This document shows positions 55,095-64,000 of a stretch of 64,000 bases of DNA, piece by piece. The notes below the pieces were generated by a model. The model was not told where the DNA came from, made no database searches, and saw only the letters and a program-made list of their open reading frames with translations. The stretch's first letter is position 1. Each line of letters begins with the position of its first letter. Origin of the DNA: Camelus dromedarius (Eukaryota). Both the position numbers and the translations under genes were made by a program. The DNA lies in NCBI RefSeq assembly GCF_036321535.1, contig NC_087437.1:14138001-14202000 (forward strand), read 5' to 3'.

Positions 55095-55950
55095 TTCAAC
55101 TAAGAAGTGTATTGAACAATTACTGTATGCCCTGCATTGTGCTGGGCCCTGGAAATACTCTTTGCACTAAAGGAGCTCCCAGTCTAGTGTTCCAAGAAAC
55201 TCTAAGTCATCAATTGTAATTCAGGGTAATAAGTGCACGCAGGCATGAGTAGTGAGTGCTAAGAGGGAAGCAAGAGGCCGGGGCAGTATGCCCAGAGGAA
55301 GACTTAAAGAGGTGTCACTCTAGCAGGTATAGAATCGAATGAGGATGTTCTAGCAAAGAGAAGAGCCTGTCCTAAAGGCAGGGGGTGTGAGGGATCAAGG
55401 TGCATTCTGGAATCTAAATAATTTGCTTTGTCATGTGAGGGAATGGCGAACATGCAGCTGAACAGGTAACTCAGGACGCATCGTGAAGGGCCTAAACCAC
55501 CTCGTTAAGGGAGTTGGTCTTTATTCTAAAATGGCATTAGGGCGTTTTAAGCAGCAGAGAAAAAGGGGTGGCAGATTTACAGTTTCAGAAATACTGTCCC
55601 CCTTTAGTGGTGATAAAGGTGGCAATCCTAGAGCCAGGGAACCTGTTAGGAGGCCTTTGCAGGAACTCTGTGTGAGGAATGGTAAGTGCCTGAGTCAAGG
55701 CTGGGCAGGATGGTTGAAGATGAACACAGAGATCTGGGAGGTGGGATTGACAGAACTCAGTGGCTGTTTTGAAGTGGGTTGTGGGGAGGCCTGGGGGAGT
55801 GAATGAGAAAGGGGAGCCAAGGATATTGTGTAGATGTCTGGGCTGAGTGGATAGGCTATGTGCCCTTATCTTAGACAAGGGGGGAAACCAGGTTGGGGTG
55901 GAAGTGGCAGACAGCGGGCAGGAATGCAGAGTTCGGTGCTGGGCCCCGCT
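55095..55950 (-). mobile_element. L2 LINE fragment
   Basis: attcaac..tattgaac..tactgtatgcc..tgtgctggg..aaggagctcccagtctag..aaggagttggtctttattct. Confidence 0.65.
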
Positions 55951-56217
55951 CAGGTGATGTAGGCAGATGAACAGGGGGATAGCAGGCCTGCTCAGGGGGA
56001 CCTGGGCCTTGCCGATTGCACTGAGACTGCTCTTTTGGGGCACCCCAAGCCATGTGTGCTAGACTGAACTTTTATGAGGAGAAATGGATACCCAACAACT
56101 TGAAACAACCTAACAGCTGAACTAATTTATTAATCCTATCCTCCTATAAACTCTGTCACTCAGCATCTACAGCTCCTTCCCTCCTCCCCATCTCCCCAGC
56201 AGCCCTGAGGGGGAAGT

Positions 56218-56687
56218 TGTGGGAGGCTGAATAATTGGCCCTTCAAAGTTGTCCCTGTCCTAATCCCAGGAACCTGTGTCTATGCTACCTTACATGGCAA
56301 AGGGGACTTCGCAGATGTGATTAAATTAACCATCTTGAAATGGGGAGATTATCCTGGATTACGTGGGGGGCCTAGTGTAATTGCAAGGGTCCTTATAAGG
56401 GGGAGGTAAGAACGAAAGAGTCAGAGGAGATGTGATGAGCGAAGCAGTCATGGGGTCATTGTAGGTCATAAGCCACGGAATGCAAGTGGCCTCCTGAAAC
56501 TGGAGAAGGCCAGGGAATGGACTCGCCCCTCGAGCTTCCAGACAGAACCAGACCTGCCTATACCTTGACCTCAGGCTACTGAGACTGAATTTGGAATTCT
56601 GACCCCTGGAACTGAAAGATAATAAATGTTATGGTTTTAAGCCATTACATCTGTGGTGATGTTACATCAGCAAAGGAAACTAATACA
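56218..56687 (+). mobile_element. MaLR LTR MLT1C/D-like
   Basis: tgtgggaggctgaataat..ctaatcccaggaacctgtg..taccttacatggcaaagggac..ggaaactaataca. Confidence 0.85.
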
Positions 56688-58119
56688 AAATTGTAACGAG
56701 GATCACAAGGATCAAAGCTGTAGGAACACACAATGGCCTTAGGCACTGGCACAAATTAACCCTCAAGCCTGCCTCGCTGGGCTAGGTTACAACAGTCTGA
56801 AAGGCCCCAGTGCCAAAGTTTATTATTTCTTGGTTGGACACTAGTAACCAACCCTACCCCGCTTCCCCAAGAGTTATGCTTTGTTACCATCTCTTTTGCT
56901 AAACCAATAGTTTCCAGACATTAGTGAGCATCCGAATCACCTGGAGGGTGATTGCTAGGACCACCCTCACAGTAGGGTACTTTCAGGGCCTGAGAATTTG
57001 CATTTCTAACAAGCGCCCAGCTGATACTGTTGGTCTGAGGACCACAACTCTGAGCACTACTCTAATATCTATACTAATCTCTTTTTGCTCACTCTGAGAA
57101 TTACCATATACGTCTTCTCCCCCTTCTCTGACTGTCAGCTCTCTTGGGTCTCATTCTTCTTTATGTCCTCAGAGTTTAGCAATGTGCCTGACCATGTAGA
57201 CATTTCATGACTGTCTGCTGATTCCCTGGGTAGCCCTACCCAACTTCTGTTACCTAAAAGTCAGGGACCCATCTCCTTTCAGCAAAACATTCTTTAATGC
57301 ACAAAACATTCTTTAAGATACAGAATTGTTTACAACCCCAGCAAATTTCATTGAGATATGAGCAGTTGGATACTATTTCCAATGAACTGTGCAGAGTCCA
57401 CTCTCTGGCTTTTTTATATGCCTGTAAAATTAAGCTTAATTATCTTTCCATTGTTGGCGACTTCTCAATAAGAGATCTGTCAAGTATAACACTGTCACAG
57501 GGCATTTGGTGACATAAAGAAGAGAGAAATTATATTACAAGAACAAACATTTCCCCCCACTGGGGGTAGAAGAGGGAGTGAGGAGAAGAAAACCACATTA
57601 GTAGTTTAAAATGCTCTTTTCTCATGAGAGCATTCAGGAACAATGTTGGTTTTTATCAGTTAACACTTGATTCTCAGAGACGAGGCTGTTCTGTTTCAGC
57701 ACAGCCTTTCCCTCACAGCACAAAGTTTGGCTTTGTCCCAGAACCACTTTCTAGCCTGATGTGACTCCCCAGTTGAGCTCTAAAGAGAGGAGGCTCTCAA
57801 AGTAGGTTTTCAGTCTTTCATAATGTTTTTAGAATTCTTGTGTTAAGGTTTCTAGGGTCCCTAGTGTACCAGATTCTTCAAATGATATTCTTTCTAGTTA
57901 GCTGGCCTAAAAAATATAAGCAGCCGTTAGAATATGAATATGATAGCCTGTAAGATCATAAAGTATAATTATAATTTTCTTTTGTTATTCTAAGTTGGAT
58001 GCAGTCCATAGTGATTTATCTTTTAAAATAAGGCAGCGTGACTATCAGGCACTTACTTCATAGTAAGACAGCTCAGGGAGAAAGGTTTAATCCTAGCATC
58101 TATTTTTATTTAAATAGAA

Positions 58120-58452
58120 TATGAGTCTGACAGTAGAACACAAACATGGTTATCAGAGGGAAAGGGAGTAGGAAGGCATAAATTGGGAGTTTGAGATTTG
58201 TAGATACTAACTACTATATAGATAAAACAATGAGTTTCTACTGTAGAGCACAGAGAACTCTATTCAATATCTTGTAGTAACCTATAATGAAAAAGAATAT
58301 GAAAAGAGATATCTGTATGTGTATGTATGACTGAATCACTGAATCTGCTGTATACCAGAAATTGACACAACATTGTAAACTGACTATATACTTCAATGAA
58401 AAAAAAAACAAATGAAAAATAAAAATAGATAGATAGATAGATAGATAGATAG
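58120..58452 (+). mobile_element. L1 3' end with A tail followed by (GATA)n
   Basis: aattgggagtttgagatttgtagatactaac..gctgtataccagaaattgacacaacattgtaaactgactata, with (AGAT)n at about 58426-58452. Confidence 0.85.
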
Positions 58453-59229
58453 GTTTTATGTATTTTGGAGGCATTCAGGACTGGTACAGCAGGGGCAAAT
58501 ACATGACTGACCAGACTGCAGCCACCTGACTTTGCCCGCATTGAACCCAAATACATCTTCAGAATCCTTCTCAACACATAAGATAATATGGGTAGGAGCC
58601 TGGACTCTGGAGTCAGGACAGAGCTGGATTTGAATATATGCTGCTATAGTTGCTAGAGACATGGCCTTGGATAGGGCACAGATCTTTAGTAAACAGGGGT
58701 AATAATAGTACCCACCTCACAGAGCTCTACAGAGCTTCAAGGAGAGAATGTAACACATTCCTTGGCACAGGGCCCGGCACAAAGAGCTCCACAACGTTAG
58801 CTGTGCTTCCTCTTCTTCTTATTCTCTTTAGCTAATAAGAAAGCGGGTGGGGTGAAATTGAGTGCCACCCTCCTTCACAGTGCTTAGGTCACGTCTGGGC
58901 AGAGTCCTTATTTGTTTGGTTTTGAAACTGCTTCCCTAGTCAGGCTCTGTCGCTCCTGGCTTGACAGCACCTGTGGGTGAGCACAGTCACCTGCCCAACT
59001 GGGCGGCAATCTTCTGACTCCAAGCCCAGCTTTCCCTGCCACCTCTAATCTCCCCCAAAGCGCCCTGCTCAGATTACAGAGAAGCTGCTGTTACTGTCAC
59101 TGGCCGCGCCCTCTCAGCCCTTAGGGGGCCCCGCCTAGGCCTGAGTCTCGTACCACTTATTCCTGTTGCCGTCTCTCAGTGGCGTTTAAAGATCCTGACT
59201 GCAAGAGCTGCTGCTCCATTCAGCTCCCA

Positions 59230-59880
59230 AACACCCCTTAAAGCCGTCTGACTCTCCACGTAGATGCTGCCCGTCCCACTCCCACATGCCGTTCTCTCTT
59301 GCCTGGATTGCTGAAACAGCCTCCTACGTGGGCTCTCTCCTTCCACTTTTGCCTGCCCCCCAACCAGTCCCCATCCTGGCCAGTTTGATATCTAAAAAAT
59401 GCAACCCTGACCATGATCCCTCCAGGGCCTTCCCAGGCTCTTGTAATAAAATGCAAGCTCAAGAACCAGGTCTATGTGGGGCAGTATGACTTGGCTTCTA
59501 CCTATTTCTCCATCCCCATCTCATACTCTTCTCCTTCTCCCTACATCACAGCTGTCTATCTGACATTCCTCAGATCCACAAATAAGCCGACCTCTTTCCT
59601 TTCCCAGAGCCTTTGCACATTCTGTTCCTTTTGCCTGGAATGCTATTCCCCCACCTCTTAATCTGCTTGGCTCTGGTTCCACCTTTAGGTTTCAATTAAA
59701 CTGAGCCTTTCCCAGGGAAGTCTTCACTCACTGCCACTCCTTGATATAAGTTATGTCCCCATCTGTTATTCTCTGCAGACTATTTGTATTTTTCTTCCAT
59801 GGAGCTTAGCACAGATTGTAATTCTACATAAAAATTGACATTTACTTGTTCCATATTTCTTTCCCCTTCTACACCATGAT
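59230..59880 (+). mobile_element. L2 LINE fragment (another at about 63500-63790)
   Basis: ctcttgcctggattgctgaaacagcctcct..gcctttgcacattctgttccttttgcctggaatgc. Confidence 0.7.
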
Positions 59881-60129
59881 GCTTGTGTGTTTAATCGCTC
59901 TCCTAGCTCAGGGAAAATCTTAAGCAGGTCTCTTTAGCTTCACAAGTATAAGAGCAGGACCTGTCACATAGATTGTGAGGGCCCCACCTTCTTTTTGGGG
60001 GTGGGAGGTGCTTACTGTGTCCTGGTATTTTCCAGTGAGGTGCCTGTCTTCATGGGCTAGGTTGGATAAGGAGTGAACTAAATCCGGGGACAGGAAGGTG
60101 TTGCTTGTGTTGGGGGCTGCTCGGAATAT

Positions 60130-60510
60130 CTGTCAGAGTAGGCTAAATTTACTGTAACAAATTACAACAGTTGAGTGGCTTTATAAGAAAAATTAACTTC
60201 TGTCCACACAATGCAGATGTTTCTGGTCAGAGTGGGACCAGGAACCCAAGGGCTCTTCCAAGCCAGGAACTGGGGACCCAGGCTCCTCCCATCTTTTGGC
60301 TCTGCCATCCCTTGGGGCCTTGAAACCCATCATTTATATCTGGTAGAAGAGGAAAGAGGGAGAATTGGAAGTATTTAGGGACAGTATTTAGGACAGTGGC
60401 ATATGTCACTTCCTCCTACAGTCTCTTGGCCAGGACTCCCTGGTTCATGATGTGACTTGATCTAGTTGCATGGGAGGCTAGGAAATAGAGCCTACCTGAG
60501 TTTCCAGAGA
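60130..60510 (-). mobile_element. Old MaLR LTR (MLT1-type; further MLT1 at about 50010-50380 and 62410-62790)
   Basis: actgtaacaaa..agtggcttta..gggacccaggctcctcccatctt..gggaggctaggaaatagag. Confidence 0.55.
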
Positions 60511-60552
60511 ATGGGGTTTGGAAGCCTGGGGAAAGGACGGGTGTACAGACCC

Positions 60553-60588
60553 GGGTGTGGGTGTGGGTGTGGGTGTGGGTGTGGGTGG
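60553..60588 (+). repeat. (GGGTGT)6 hexamer repeat
   Basis: Five perfect GGGTGT units plus GGGTGG. Confidence 0.9.
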
Positions 60589-61800
60589 TGCTCCCTATAT
60601 GTTGCAAACGCAGCCTTGGCTGCCATCCGGCTCCTGGGTGCTCACAAATTCTCCTCACGCTGGCCCTGGGCTGAGATACAGCTTGTGTTCGTCCACAGCC
60701 CCTTCAGGTCTGGATCACTGCCTCCTATCCCCGCTGGCCTCTGTGCAGTTCCCTTGCCCTCCATCTCTCTGCCCTCTTCCAGCTCAGAGGAATCTTTGCC
60801 ATCTAGGGGGGCATCTGGGTGGGGTGAAGCCCTGTTCGTGCTAATATTCTGTCTATGCCTAATGTCATTTCTATTCCTCTAATGGATAGGAAGCTTTCTT
60901 TTTTCCCTGCTTTCTGCTTGTTCCTTCTCTCCCCTGAGGTGATGAGCACAGCCTAGCTCCTTAATTAGGAGCAGGGAAAGAAAAGGTGAACTGTTAGGAG
61001 AAACAACATTGGCTCATATTTAAAAAAACTTGTCCCACAACAAGTGTAGGCTCAGTGAAGGTAGAGACCGTGTCGGCCTGTTCACCACACCTCCAGAACC
61101 TGGCAGATGGACTCCGAAACTGCTTACTCAACAAATAAACGCATGAATAAGTGCATGGGTGTTGTGAGAAGCACCATTCCTCACAGATCGCCTCTTGCAC
61201 ACTGATTCCTTCACCCCTTCTCAGGCTTACCCTCTCGGGGCTGTGAGCGGTGCTCTGGCGGCCCTCGCAGGGCGAGCAGAGAGAGCTGTCGTCACCATCC
61301 CCCGCACTCTGTGGGTTTGACCTATCACTGTATACTTTTACACATATCCCCATAGACACGTGGCGAGAGAAATAATCCAAGAAAACAGGACAGGGGACAA
61401 TAATAAAGGGAAGAGGAAAAAAAAAAACCAAAACACCCAGTGCCTGGTACATAGGAGCCCTATCAATATTTACTGAATGAGAAAAAAGAAGAAATGCCCA
61501 GTTTTCCCCATTCAGGGACTGAAACAGGCAATTCACAGACATGCATTGCATTCCAACACTTTCATTGAACATTTATTAAAGAGAGCCATGCTGTAGCCTG
61601 GTCATAATGTTACGCTTGTCCTTCAGCAATAGACTAGGTTTGTGTTTCTAACAGGACTGTCCGACTCTCGAGGCTGGGTGAGTGCTGCAGAATCCTGGGG
61701 GAGACTTTGTGCTCCTGACAGGAAGAGGCAGGGTCAGGAGGCACTGAGATGGTTCTCCTACAACACCGAGAAGAAAACGATATGGCTTCATTTGGATTCC

Positions 61801-62312
61801 TTTTTTTATTTTGAGTTTCATGGTTTTATTGACACAAATACAATATGCATGTGAGCTGCCTATTCATTTTCTTCGGTGCGCAGGCGGGCGTTGGGACTGG
61901 TGACTCTGATGGCCAGCTGGGCTGCTCCTTCCACAATGGCTTTGCATTTCTTGGAGGAGGCGTTGTGTGCAATCTCAGCCCAGTAAGATTTATTGTACAT
62001 CAGCAGCACGTCAGGCTCCTTGACGTGGTGAACCAGGGACTTCCGGAAGCCACTGGGCAGCCTGTGCTTTGTTTTCTTGTTGCACCCGTAACCGATGCTG
62101 AGCATGAAGATCGGGCCTGGGAGTCTCCTGCTCACCCCGTTGTCAGAGCCTCTGAGTTCTCACCACTTCTGCTTCATTTTGACGTGTCAGTCTGACTGGT
62201 GCCCGAGGAACTTCTTGGTTCTCCTGTTGATGGTCTTGGGGTTCACTAGGGGTCCGAGGGTTGTCAAGATGCCAAGGAGGATATGGCCGAGTAGGTGGCG
62301 CTAAGGAAGAGC
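61801..62312 (-). pseudogene. RPL32: RPL32 processed pseudogene, full length (CDS-equivalent 62267..61860)
   Basis: Intronless 408-bp frame colinear with RPL32 (..[63 protein letters not shown]). Start codon is TTG, stops at codons 27 and 36. Has a 5'TOP-like CTCTTCC leader, AATAAA at 61825-61830, an A-tail at 61801-61812, and TSD tcatttggattc (61788-61799) / tcacttggattc (62313-62324). Confidence 0.95.
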
Positions 62313-62899
62313 TCACTTGGATTCTTAATCACTGCTCTCTTTGCTGAATTTTTGAGGGGATGCAGAATTCAATGAAAAAAAAAATTTGAAACCTCTCCTT
62401 CAACCTTTGTGGTTGGCACTCCCATCTCTGATATCAACCCCCTCCTTTCTGGCTTATGTCTATTACATAGGCTGAAAGACAAAAATACTCCGTACCCAAA
62501 CTCTCTTGAAGCCAAAGGCCATCTGACACAATTTTGGACAAGGAGACATAAGCAACCTTTTTTCTACCTTGAATATACAAGATGGCAGTAGCTGTAGCTG
62601 CCATTTTGTGACCATGAGGGAGAGGTCACAAGACCCACAGAAGTGCTGGCCCTGACATTGTTGAGCTACTGAACCAGTGCTGGCAGGCACCTATCTTCAG
62701 CCTTTCTCTTAGTGAGGGAAAAAGAAACCCTCTCTTTGTTGAAGGCACTGAAATGAAAGATTCTACCAGTTTCAGCTCAAAGTACCCTTTACTGACTGCT
62801 CTTTTTTAATTTTCTCTTTTTTCTAGATAAAAGTAAATGAAGGAGCTAAATTTAATAAATATAAAAATATTTCATATTAAAATAAGATTTTAAAATATG

Positions 62900-63060
62900 G
62901 CATAGCAGAATAGGTGAGACAACTTTGAGAAAGAACAAAGCTGGAGGGCTTACACTGCCTGACTTTAAGACTTCTTCTAAAACTAAGTATTTATAAAGTC
63001 TTTATAAATCAACACAATTGGCAAAATGGATCAGTGGAACACTAAAGAGTCCAGAAAAGG
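62900..63060 (+). mobile_element. Old L1 ORF2 fragment
   Basis: aagaacaaagctggagggcttacactgcctgactttaagac..atcagtggaac..agagtccagaaa. Confidence 0.7.
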
Positions 63061-64000
63061 TGGAATAGCAAAATATTCATCACTGCAGAGCATTTCCATA
63101 CAGAGGAACTGTCCAACAGCCCAAATGACCTCTTCTACTTAAGACTTTCAAGTCAGCTCAATCCCCAGTGACTAAGCCTGAGATACGTTGTGATCATAAT
63201 GAATATGTTTAAAAGTAAATTCTGCACTAGCCTTTCCTTGACTAGGCTACACTTCTCTAATTTAAGGTCTTCTTGCTACCTTCCTCTGGTCTCCCTGGAC
63301 TTTTAGGGAAACTCTTTTGCCCCAAAGATGAGCCAGCCCTGGAACCTTCCATTCTCAGCACCTCTAGTCTGGAGCAGGTACAGGATGGTTCTTTCCAGGG
63401 CTCCCACCCCCCTTTCCCTGATTTTCCTAATTTTCTCTCCTGGGTGCATCATCCATCCTCCTCCCTCAGTGACTTTGGCTCTGGTTTCCTTCTTTCTCAC
63501 TCCTTTCCCTAAAGTGTGGATCAGATCACGTCATCCCTTTGGTTAAGCCCTCCAATCGGTTCCCCTTTCACGGGGTCTGTTCCTCCAAACCACAGAGGCC
63601 TCAGGGCCTTTGCTCTTACTGGTCACCTGCCAAGAGCAGGCCCCGCATATCTTGGTGTGCCCAACCCTGTGTGGACTTTAAGGTCTCTGGTCGAAAGTCT
63701 TTTATTAGTCTCTGATTATCTTGCTCAGTATTTATTTACTTTATTATTTTCCATCTCCCTTCGCCTCAGTCTCCATGAGAGCAAGGACATTATCTGCTGA
63801 AAGATGACATTTGTCATTGGTTTCTAAGAAAATTAGTTAACTGTCAGGGAATGTTCCAGCTGTTATCCCAATAGGTGAAGAGGAAACAGCCCAGTTCTTG
63901 TCATACCCGAAAGATAAAATTACAACTGGGAGATGGTGAGTTGTGTAGGGAAAATTTTTTAAAAGATTTATTTAGAAAAGCAAAAGTACACTTCTGGGAA

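Noticed and set aside
57283..57316. Tandem duplication of caaaacattcttta
   Set aside because: An ordinary short slippage duplication with no further structure.
60994..61572. 192-aa minus-strand ORF
   Set aside because: It starts in an L2-like tail (ttcattgaacatttatt), has no recognisable homology and no supporting exon structure.

Overview
Mammalian genomic DNA, most likely camelid (alpaca/camel): it carries tRNA-Ala-derived Vic-1-type SINEs and artiodactyl-type L1 tails, and I saw no Alu, Bov-A/BovB or PRE1. The first 10.3 kb hold coding exons 1-7 of NPHP3 (nephrocystin-3) on the minus strand, all with GT-AG borders, and the gene continues off the left edge. A CpG-island promoter spans about 9.75-10.85 kb, with splice signals for a possible divergent transcript (NPHP3-AS1-like). 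The remaining 53 kb has no recognisable protein-coding gene and is rich in repeats (L1, L2, MIR, MaLR/ERVL/ERV1 LTRs, hAT MITEs, SINEs), plus a full-length RPL32 processed pseudogene with TSDs. The most striking observation is two separately inserted, TSD-flanked composite L1-derived elements (33.6-34.8 kb and 50.9-53.1 kb). They share the same 5' end, the same internal twin-priming inversion junction and the same 3' tail extension, which points to a non-autonomous, HAL1-like retrotransposon family. Repeat family names and human comparisons are from recall, not database searches, and boundaries of old repeats are approximate.
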